Assembly: GCF_000012545.1 (NCBI RefSeq) | Contig: NC_007681.1 | Coordinates: forward strand, 1,650,001-1,682,000 | Length of the DNA: 32,000 nt | Direction: 5' to 3' | From: Methanosphaera stadtmanae DSM 3091 | Lineage (GTDB): Archaea; Methanobacteriota; Methanobacteria; Methanobacteriales; Methanobacteriaceae | Notes under the pieces: model-generated | Databases searched by the model: none | What the model saw: the letters and a program-made list of their open reading frames with translations, nothing else | Told to the model about the DNA's origin: nothing | In this document: one piece after another, positions 9,758-17,339 of the stretch | How positions within the stretch are numbered: position 1 is the stretch's first letter | How the letters are laid out: each line of letters begins with the position of its first letter | Made by a program: the position numbers and the translations under genes

Positions 9758-10822
9758 TTATTCATAATAATTATTTCTATGTAATGTTTTCATGTATTTA
9801 TATAATGATTCTTCAATATTCTCATCATATACTGATAAAATTCTTGCAACATATAATGCAGCATTTTCCCCAGCATCGACCCCCATAGTTGCTGTTGGAA
9901 CACCCGGAGGCATTTCAACCATTGACAAAAGAGAATCTAAACCAAGTTTTCCAGTATTGCATGGTACTCCAATTACTGGTTTTGTTGTATGTGATACTAC
10001 TGCTCCTGAAAGTATTGTTGATAAACCTGAAACAACTATGTATAAATCTATTTGATTATCCACGGTTTTCATATATTTTTCAAGTTTATCAGGTGATCTT
10101 GTTGCAGAAATAACCTTATATGCTGAAGGTATTTTTATAACATCAAGTGTTTGTGTTATTTTATGAACTATATCCATGTTAGAATAATTTTCAGAAATTA
10201 TAAGTACTCTTGTATCTTTTGAAACATTTAATACTTTATTAACAGATGGTCTTTCATGTTTAACCCCTTCAGTTCTTGTATAATATTTTCCAGCAATTTT
10301 CTCAATTAATTCTTTTTCAGAGGTTTCCATTTTATGATTATATGAATTACGTTTATCTACAAGTGCTTCTCTCATTTTTTCATCATTACATGCTATGATT
10401 TGACAAGCAAGCCATGCAGCATTTTCTCCCCTATCGATACCCATTGTTGCAACAGGTGTTCCTAATTGCATCTCAGTACATGATAATAATGCATCCAATC
10501 CTTCTATTTTGCCATTTACAGGTACTGCTATGACAGGTTTTGTTGTATATGATGCTATTACTCCGGGAAGATGAGCAGAAAGTCCTGCAATACCAATAAA
10601 TACCTCTATTCCATCAACATAATTGGTCATTATATCTTTTATCCTATTATGAGTTCTATGTGCAGAAGCTACTCTAAGATCATATGGTACTTTCATCTGT
10701 TCGAATACTTTCACAGTTTTTTCTGCTATCTTATAATCAGATCCACTTCCTAATATTATCATCACTTTAGCTTGAGTAATTTTAATTCCCCCATTATTTA
10801 CATAATTAGTTTTATTAAACAC
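9758..10822 (-). CDS. purE: Tandem (duplicated, fused) PurE: N5-CAIR mutase / AIR carboxylase
   Basis: 354-aa ORF with two PurE-like halves. The first has MIILGSGSD, ASAHRTH and GIAGLSAHLPG. The second has LIISENYSN, ISATRSP and VSGLSTILSG, so the conserved His positions are replaced. The start is uncertain: GTG at 10822 versus ATG at 10762 (MIILGSGSD). Confidence 0.85.
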   Translation of the reverse strand: MFNKTNYVNNGGIKITQAKVMIILGSGSDYKIAEKTVKVFEQMKVPYDLRVASAHRTHNRIKDIMTNYVDGIEVFIGIAGLSAHLPGVIASYTTKPVIAVPVNGKIEGLDALLSCTEMQLGTPVATMGIDRGENAAWLACQIIACNDEKMREALVDKRNSYNHKMETSEKELIEKIAGKYYTRTEGVKHERPSVNKVLNVSKDTRVLIISENYSNMDIVHKITQTLDVIKIPSAYKVISATRSPDKLEKYMKTVDNQIDLYIVVSGLSTILSGAVVSHTTKPVIGVPCNTGKLGLDSLLSMVEMPPGVPTATMGVDAGENAALYVARILSVYDENIEESLYKYMKTLHRNNYYE

Positions 10823-10889
10823 ATCATGAAAATTTTATTTAAAATGTTATATTTTATTATCTATTTAAAGTTATTCTTTAATTTTTTTT

Positions 10890-10917
10890 GAGTGGTTTTC
10901 CAGTTGCTGGGTCTTGA
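10890..10917 (+). repeat. Left terminal inverted repeat of the IS
   Basis: 24/28 identity to the reverse complement of 12030-12057. Confidence 0.75.
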
Positions 10918-11108
10918 AAAAGTTTTGATCAAAAAAAATTTGAAAATTTATTTGAAGACGTAAAAATTTATTTCTTATCTTAATTTTTATTAAAATAAGA
11001 AAATAACGTTACACTTGAAATACACGACTCATCAAAATTCAACAAAAACTTTAATATAAAAAATAAGAATAATAAACTATTTATTATAGAAAAGGAATAG
11101 ATATTAAT

Positions 11109-11954
11109 ATGAAAACCCAAATATCTAATTCCTTAAAGGATAATATGTCCTCAATAAAACTTAAACTTAACGATTTTGGTCTCAAAGATCCAATTAAAAA
11201 AATATACTGAAGAACTCTTTAAAACTAAAAATACAAGACCTATCAACCAAGAATATATTTATTTAAATGATAACCACTTTGAATATGATAACCCCACTTG
11301 TTCACATTGTCACAAAAAACACGAAAAACATAAAGTTATTAAAAAAGGATTCCAAACAAAAAAAGTCAGAACAATAAATAAAACCAAAATAACAATATTT
11401 TTAAGACGTTATCAATGTAAAATATGTGGAAAAAAATTCCAAACAGAACTATCATGGCTATATGATAAAAATAAAAGATACACTAAACAATTTTTTTGAA
11501 TTGATAGATAAAATAATGGAATTTAGAAATATACCATTATCTCTACTACAACATATAATAAACGTAGTTCTAAATACTAATATAAATCTTCAAACACTTG
11601 AATTTTGGATAAAAATAAAAAATAAATTCTCTAGAAACAAAGAATACTTAAGATCAAAAACACTATCAACATTAGACAAAATGACAATAGCAAACCAAAC
11701 ATCACAAATATTCCAAATATACAGAGAACTAAGTCTTTATGATACATACAAAATACTAAATGAACTAAAAGACATAGAAAACCAACTATTAAAACCAATT
11801 AAAAAAAATACTAAACACCACAATAGAAAACAACATAAACAAAATAATAATACACCTCTTATACTCCGAAATACCAAGAACAAACAACGCAGTAGAACAA
11901 CACTACAGAAACTCTTTACCAAAATCAAAGAAAAACAAAAAAAAGAACCATTAA
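11109..11954 (+). pseudogene. Transposase split over three reading frames (frames 0 to 1 to 2 to 0); probably inactivated
   Basis: The first segment is ATG 11109 to TGA 11208-11210 (33 aa). The second is the frame +1 ORF 11176-11499 with the zinc finger CSHC...CKIC. The third is the frame +2 ORF 11426-11965. Frame 0 is open again from 11793 to TAA 11952-11954 and encodes ...YSEIPRTNNAVEQHYRNSLPKS, a TNNxxE tail of the kind seen at the end of DDE transposases. Each frame change is +1 and coincides with a homopolymer: A7 at 11196-11202, T7 at 11491-11497 and A8 at 11801-11808. Confidence 0.6.
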
Positions 11955-12029
11955 CGGCATACTAACAACACTAACAACCAAAATGATGAAAAAATTTAAA
12001 AACACAAAAGAAAAATAAATATTCAAAAA

Positions 12030-12057
12030 TCAAGACCCTACAACTGGAAAGCCACTA
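12030..12057 (-). repeat. Right terminal inverted repeat of the IS
   Basis: 24/28 identity to the reverse complement of 10890-10917. Confidence 0.75.
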
Positions 12058-12090
12058 AAAATAGTAAAATAAATAAGAAAAGATAAGAAT

Positions 12091-13911
12091 CTAATCTTTT
12101 TGAGTTGTAGTTGTTGTATTATTTATAGTTACATTATCTATATTAATATTTAAAAACTTCACATATGAATCATCATTTGCAAATTCAGTAGTTGTATTTG
12201 CCCCACTATCTTCTAAAACAACTTCAATTGTCGAATTTTTATATGTTTGATTGTATATTACACCATGTGTATTTGAATTTAAATCTATTGTATCAGAATA
12301 ACCTTCATTTAGATATATAGAATAGGAAGTATTTGTTACTGAAGCTAATACTTTTCCGATTTCTGTATCATTTACATATACAGTTAATATTTTTTCGGGC
12401 AGTTGCTGTGATTTAATTTCTGTTCCAACACTAGCATTTGTATGATTTATATCAACATTTATAGTTGTATTATTTAGATTTTTATCTAGTGTATTTTCAT
12501 CTACTTTAATATTTTTTACTTGTTGAGTATTCTCGAATTTAGTTTTAAAATCTGAATCCCTAATCACATCCCCCGGATTAACTTCTAAATTACTTCTAGC
12601 TAACTCAGGCATACGTATTAAATCATTTTCACCCTCAAGCGACTGTTCAAGCTGATACTTTTCATGATTAATATATATATTGTCCCCATATTGTGATTGA
12701 AGAGTACTCAATGCTGAAGTTGGGAGACGTATGAGCTGTTCTTCATTTTCCAAAGCATTCTCTATTGTATATGGTCCTCTAACATCTACCCCTTTATGAG
12801 GTTCAGGTGATGTTGATATTATTAGATTCTTACTTGCAGGTTCTATAGATATTTGATTTGAAGATATAGTTACAGATCCTACTAACGAAACTGTTAATAG
12901 TAATAGAATTATTATAGAAATAACTATTGGAAAATGCATGTGAATAAATGACTTAAATATTTGTTTCTTAGACACTTTACTTTGTCCATATATTCTTAAG
13001 GACATCTTAATTATTTTTATAATATAAAGTATAGAAATAATTAATCCAATTATTATAATAAATGAAGACATCCATGTAGTCATGAATCTAATAAAGAATA
13101 ATCCAAATATTCCCAAGGTTATTAGTGATAATCCCATGATTTCCATCCTTATTGAACTACCTAAATCATCGACCATAGTCAATCTACCATAATTAATCGC
13201 ACGATCAACTATTGTTCTTACAACCTCATTAGCCATTAAATTTAATTCTTTTAATGATGACATTTCATGAACAATATTTCCAATATCCACTTCATGTATT
13301 CTCATTCCACGGGCATCCGCATCTAACACTATACCAATATCAACACCATAATCCTTTTCAAGATCAATTGTATCTAAGAAATTTTTTGTTGCTGCAAACT
13401 GTCCACTTAATGGTTGTTCAAAACTTAATTCTGGAAAGAAAAATTGAAGTAAAGGTTTTGCTGTTAATTCAGTTACACGTCCTGCTTCTCTTTTAAATTT
13501 AGTTTTTGTTATGTCTGCATTCCCTTTAATAATCGGCCGAATTATTGATTCGACTTGTTTTTTATTAATTTCTGATAAATCAGCGTCTAAAAATAAAATT
13601 ATATTATTTGTTACTTTTTTAAGGCCTGTTTTCATAGCAGAGCCTTTACCCTTATTTATCTTATGCTTTATAAGTACAACATCTTCTTTGGAGACTATAT
13701 CATATGTTTTATCTGTAGACCCATCATCTACAACTATGATTTCTGTTATACTCTTTACTTGTTTTACTGTGTCAATTACATGTTTTATTGATTTTTCCTC
13801 ATTAAATGCAGGTATTACAACAGATACAGTATCATTTACTTTAGAAGATTTATCTCCAAAATATAGTAAAGACACTATAATTATCAATATAATTGGTATA
13901 ACTTGTAACAT
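12091..13911 (-). CDS. Membrane glycosyltransferase: an N-terminal GT2/GT81 (GpgS-like) catalytic domain, a TM block, and an Asn/Thr-rich C-terminal domain that is presumably extracellular
   Basis: 606-aa ORF. It has VSVVIPAFNEE, VVDDGSTD, FLDADL and REAGRVTELTAKPLLQFFFPEL..QPLSGQFA, which resembles the glucosyl-3-phosphoglycerate synthase type motif. It then has 3-4 hydrophobic helices (aa about 255-345). The C-terminus has many N-x-S/T sequons and two similar segments, EEQLIRLPTSALSTLQSQYGDNIYI and ENDLIRMPELARSNLEVNPGDVIRD. Confidence 0.8.
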   Translation of the reverse strand: MLQVIPIILIIIVSLLYFGDKSSKVNDTVSVVIPAFNEEKSIKHVIDTVKQVKSITEIIVVDDGSTDKTYDIVSKEDVVLIKHKINKGKGSAMKTGLKKVTNNIILFLDADLSEINKKQVESIIRPIIKGNADITKTKFKREAGRVTELTAKPLLQFFFPELSFEQPLSGQFAATKNFLDTIDLEKDYGVDIGIVLDADARGMRIHEVDIGNIVHEMSSLKELNLMANEVVRTIVDRAINYGRLTMVDDLGSSIRMEIMGLSLITLGIFGLFFIRFMTTWMSSFIIIIGLIISILYIIKIIKMSLRIYGQSKVSKKQIFKSFIHMHFPIVISIIILLLLTVSLVGSVTISSNQISIEPASKNLIISTSPEPHKGVDVRGPYTIENALENEEQLIRLPTSALSTLQSQYGDNIYINHEKYQLEQSLEGENDLIRMPELARSNLEVNPGDVIRDSDFKTKFENTQQVKNIKVDENTLDKNLNNTTINVDINHTNASVGTEIKSQQLPEKILTVYVNDTEIGKVLASVTNTSYSIYLNEGYSDTIDLNSNTHGVIYNQTYKNSTIEVVLEDSGANTTTEFANDDSYVKFLNINIDNVTINNTTTTTQKD

Positions 13912-14086
13912 GTAATCTCATTTCCCTTTATATATGTTAAAAATTATTATTTAACATTTGTTAATTATTAATACATTTTATTAATTATAATATAAATGAT
14001 TTTTTTATGTAAAAAACTGAATAATAAATAAATATTAAAATAAAATCAAAATTAAATAATATGAAGGAGGTTAATATAAAAAAAAT

Positions 14087-15094
14087 TTATTCATCAGAAT
14101 AAACTTTTGCATATTCTTCTGGACTATTATACAAACCAATTGCTGCTAAAGCACCAATAAGTCCTGCTTTTCCAGTGACATATTCAATATGAATATTATT
14201 TCTTTTAGCTATTTTTTCTGCTTCTTCAAATGATTTCATAGATTTTTTAGCCTCAATTCCATAATTTTTAACTTCTTGAGGAATATCTAACTTATCATAC
14301 ACAACAAATGCTGTATTTTCAGACAATGTATCTTTTTTTAACTTAGATTTAATACTGTTTATTAAATCTTCCTTATCCTCATCTTTTACTGCAAATACTA
14401 ATATTATAGATACGCAATTCTTAGTTTTATTTGGATTATTCGGATATAATTGACAAGTAATATGTTCTAAATACTTATAACCCTTTTCATCTTGTATCTC
14501 AGTTGCAATATTATTAGCAAGTGTCCATGTAGCGCCTTCAGTAGGAATATCCGTATCATCAATACCAATAATTACTTTTCTAAGTTTTGGTGTTACAACT
14601 GCAGCTTTACCTACTTTAGAACCACCACCCTTCTCAAATATTTCAACTCGTTTTACACCTGCTGCTTTACCTCGACAAAATGCTGCTCCAACACCAGCCC
14701 CTGCTAAACCAGCGTGGATTATCTTAATTTCATCATCACCAATTATAGCTTCTTCTATTCCTGCTGCACAAAAACTTGGTTTTAAATCCAAAGTTGTTTT
14801 TCCTTTTTTAACAAGATATGTGTGTTTGTTTCCATCACGTTTAGCTTCTAATATTAACGGACTTGTTCTTTGATATTGTGTAATCATCCAGTCAGATCCT
14901 ACAGGACATGGATGATATTCAATTAATTCTATTTTATCCTCATTATTATCAGTTACCGTTAAAATTTCATGATAAGGTGTTATCCATGCATCAGTATATT
15001 TTTCTTTTAATTCATCAGGTGTTAAAATTTCCATATTCTCATAGTTCCCTTTTGTTATTAGTTTTAAAAAAAAGAATGTAAAAAAAGAAGACAT
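14087..15094 (-). CDS. Conserved methanogen protein with a TiaS-N/DUF1743-like domain; probably methanogenesis marker protein 11
   Basis: 335-aa ORF. It has KPSFCAAGIEE, HAGLAGAGVGAAFCRG and VIIGIDDTDIPTEGATWTL (IGIDDTD is the motif I know from the N-terminal domain of TiaS). The real start is probably ATG 15034 (MEILTPDELKEKY), because the first 20 codons are T-rich spacer-like sequence. The marker-11 assignment is from memory of that family. Confidence 0.6.
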   Translation of the reverse strand: MSSFFTFFFLKLITKGNYENMEILTPDELKEKYTDAWITPYHEILTVTDNNEDKIELIEYHPCPVGSDWMITQYQRTSPLILEAKRDGNKHTYLVKKGKTTLDLKPSFCAAGIEEAIIGDDEIKIIHAGLAGAGVGAAFCRGKAAGVKRVEIFEKGGGSKVGKAAVVTPKLRKVIIGIDDTDIPTEGATWTLANNIATEIQDEKGYKYLEHITCQLYPNNPNKTKNCVSIILVFAVKDEDKEDLINSIKSKLKKDTLSENTAFVVYDKLDIPQEVKNYGIEAKKSMKSFEEAEKIAKRNNIHIEYVTGKAGLIGALAAIGLYNSPEEYAKVYSDE

Positions 15095-15101
15095 AAACCA
15101 A

Positions 15102-15506
15102 TTAGTTTAATCTTTTCACTAATTTTACTGCAGCTTCCACTGCACGTTTACCATACTCTACTCTTTTATGTGCTTCAAGTCTAGTCATTCCTGGTCCTGA
15201 AATTCCAAGAGTTACTGGTTTATTATATTCTAATGATAAATCAGTTATTTTTCTTGCTGCGTGTTGTACTACAATCTCATCATGTTGAGTATCTCCTTCA
15301 ATTACAGCACCTAAAGTAATAACTGCATCAACTTTTCCTTCATCTAATAATTTTTTTATTGCAATAGGCATATCATATACGCCAGGTACTGGGAATACCT
15401 CTGTAATTTCTGCATCTAAAAATTTAGCATGCTCTTTAGCTAATTCTAACATCATACTTGTTATATCAAAATTAAATTCTGCTACTACTGCTCCTATTTT
15501 AATCAT
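15102..15506 (-). CDS. ribH: 6,7-dimethyl-8-ribityllumazine synthase
   Basis: 134-aa [26 protein letters not shown] and [15 protein letters not shown] fit archaeal RibH. AAGGAG lies upstream of the ATG. Confidence 0.95.
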   Translation of the reverse strand: MIKIGAVVAEFNFDITSMMLELAKEHAKFLDAEITEVFPVPGVYDMPIAIKKLLDEGKVDAVITLGAVIEGDTQHDEIVVQHAARKITDLSLEYNKPVTLGISGPGMTRLEAHKRVEYGKRAVEAAVKLVKRLN

Positions 15507-15557
15507 TAAAATTTTCTCCTTTTATGTATTTTATATATTATATTACTTTTTCTAGAT

Positions 15558-15644
15558 TTATACTAAGTATAATACAAATGCTGATACTGAACTTACTACC
15601 ATAATGAATATAATAAATAATGCTATTAATTTTGCTGTTTCCAT
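15558..15644 (-). CDS. Candidate small hydrophobic protein (28 aa), first cistron upstream of ribH
   Basis: My translation is METAKLIALFIIFIMVVSSVSAFVLYLV, followed by a stop. GGAG (complement of 15654-15657) lies 9 nt upstream of the ATG. It is on the same strand as ribH and 51 nt upstream of it. It is below the 60-aa cut-off of the ORF track. Confidence 0.35.
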   Translation of the reverse strand: METAKLIALFIIFIMVVSSVSAFVLYLV

Positions 15645-15829
15645 AGATTTAATCTCCGTTATTAATGTCTTATAATGTTTTAATTATTGTTAATTTTTCT
15701 GTTTATTTTCATATATTAAATTTTTATTTAATAATACCTACTTCTTAATATAAGAATCCTATTAAATATTAGTTATAACTAGAAAAAATTCAATTTAAAA
15801 AAGAAAAGAAAGAAACCCTTCCTCATATT

Positions 15830-16804
15830 TTATAATTTACTTGCTATATATTCAGCCATTTCTTGTGTTGATGCATCTCCACCTAAATCAGGAGTTACAT
15901 TATCACCTTGACGAATAACATCAATCATAACATCTTCTATTTTTCTTGCATATTCAGATTCACCCAAATAATCTAACATCATGCATGCAGACAATATTGT
16001 TGCTACTGGATCTGCTATTCCTTGACCAGCAATATCTGGTGCTGAACCATGTACTGGTTCAAATAATCCAGAATTATCCCCAATATTTGCAGAAGGTATC
16101 ATTCCTAAACCACCAACAAGTCCTGCACCTTCATCTGATAAAATATCACCATAGAGATTTGTTGTCACTATTACTTCAAAGTCAAGTGGATTTGTAATAA
16201 GATACATTGCTGTTGCATCAACATAGAAATCATTTGTTTTAATATCTGGATGATTTTCTGCCATTTTATAGAATGATTCTTTGAATAAACCATCAGATAA
16301 TTTAAGTACATTTGCTTTATGTACAGCTGTAACTTTCTTACGACCTGTATCTTCAGCATATTTAAAAGCGTATTCTGCTATTCTTTCAGATGCAAATTTT
16401 GTTATTTTTTTACGTGCAATTGCACCTTCTTCTGTTAATTCTTCATCACCTATATATAAATCTTCAGTATTTTCTCTTACAATCATGAAGTCTATATCAC
16501 CATATTTATCTGGTTGTAATGATTTTACAGGTCTTAAATTTACAAATGTGTTGAGTTCTCTTCTAAGTCTTACAATTACATCTGCTGCTGTTTCTCCCGC
16601 AGCTCCAAACAATACTGCATCTGCTTTTTTTGCTATTTCTAATGTTTCATCAGGAAGAGCCACACCTGTATCTTCTTTACATTTATCTCCTGCGTTAGCA
16701 TAAGTATAATTAAAATCTATTGGTAATTTATCAAGTATTGTTATTGCTGCTTCTACTACTTCAGGACCAATTCCATCTCCAGGTATTACTGCTATATTAT
16801 ACAT
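15830..16804 (-). CDS. leuB: 3-isopropylmalate dehydrogenase family (LeuB; a homoisocitrate dehydrogenase AksF role is not excluded)
   Basis: The ORF is 15830-16825. I prefer the ATG at 16804 (MYNIAVIPGDGIGPEV) because AGGAG lies 10 nt upstream, whereas the 16825 ATG overlaps leuD. The ...LYGDILSDEGAGLVGGLG... motif is typical of this decarboxylating dehydrogenase family. Confidence 0.85.
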   Translation of the reverse strand: MYNIAVIPGDGIGPEVVEAAITILDKLPIDFNYTYANAGDKCKEDTGVALPDETLEIAKKADAVLFGAAGETAADVIVRLRRELNTFVNLRPVKSLQPDKYGDIDFMIVRENTEDLYIGDEELTEEGAIARKKITKFASERIAEYAFKYAEDTGRKKVTAVHKANVLKLSDGLFKESFYKMAENHPDIKTNDFYVDATAMYLITNPLDFEVIVTTNLYGDILSDEGAGLVGGLGMIPSANIGDNSGLFEPVHGSAPDIAGQGIADPVATILSACMMLDYLGESEYARKIEDVMIDVIRQGDNVTPDLGGDASTQEMAEYIASKL

Positions 16805-16817
16805 AAATATTATACTC

Positions 16818-17321
16818 CTATTCATTAAATCTTGTTTTATTTAAGTATTTTATTAATCCATCATTTTCAAGTATTTCAAACATGAATTCTGGAAGACTTG
16901 TTGTTGCATATTCTTGATTTTTTGTTTTATTAGTAAGTGTTCCATTTTCAAGATCTATTTTTACTGTATCTTCTTCTTCTATTTCATCAGGACCTTCATG
17001 TGCCTCTACTAATGTTAATCCAATGTTTATTGCATTTCTATAGAATATTCTAGCAAATGATTTTGCAACTACTGCCTTAATTCCTGAAGCTTTTAATGCT
17101 ATAGGTGCATGTTCACGAGAAGATCCACATCCAAAGTTAGAACCTGCTACTATAACATCACCTTCTTGAATTTTATCTTTATAATGTAAATCATATCCTT
17201 CCATTACATGTTTTCCAAGATCTTCTGGTTTACTTAATGTTAAATATCTTCCTGGAAGTATACTATCTGTGTCTATGTCATCACCAAGTTTTAAAACTCG
17301 ACCTTCAATAATTTTATCCAT
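16818..17321 (-). CDS. leuD: 3-isopropylmalate dehydratase / homoaconitase small subunit
   Basis: 167-aa ORF. It has GDDIDTDSILPGRYL and GSNFGCGSSREHAP. GAAGGAG lies upstream of the ATG. Confidence 0.85.
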   Translation of the reverse strand: MDKIIEGRVLKLGDDIDTDSILPGRYLTLSKPEDLGKHVMEGYDLHYKDKIQEGDVIVAGSNFGCGSSREHAPIALKASGIKAVVAKSFARIFYRNAINIGLTLVEAHEGPDEIEEEDTVKIDLENGTLTNKTKNQEYATTSLPEFMFEILENDGLIKYLNKTRFNE

Positions 17322-17339
17322 TTTATCGTCTCCTTCGAA

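Larger units (their letters stand above)
10890..12057 (+). mobile_element. Insertion sequence (1168 bp) with 28-bp imperfect terminal inverted repeats and a degenerate zinc-finger transposase. The family cannot be assigned by eye (possibly ISM1-like).
   Basis: The left end GAGTGGTTTTCCAGTTGCTGGGTCTTGA (10890-10917) matches the reverse complement of the right end TAGTGGCTTTCCAGTTGTAGGGTCTTGA (12030-12057) at 24 of 28 positions. The internal coding potential is all on the plus strand. I could not identify a target-site duplication; the flanks are T/A runs. Confidence 0.75.

Noticed and set aside
11196-11202. Programmed ribosomal frameshifting in the IS transposase at the A7 run
   Set aside because: The required shift is +1 rather than the -1 used by IS1/IS3-type elements. 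Two further +1 shifts at other homopolymers are needed to read through. Mutational decay is the simpler explanation; it is left open as a check in the finding.
11737-11928. 63-aa minus-strand ORF inside the IS
   Set aside because: It is antisense to the transposase remnants, with a Leu/Phe/Cys-rich low-complexity translation and no SD.
14061-14102. Strong SD-like GAAGGAGG on the plus strand (14063-14070) in the spacer after the 14087 gene
   Set aside because: No start codon lies at a usable distance downstream. The only ORF (ATG 14061, 13 codons) contains the motif itself and runs into the convergent gene end.
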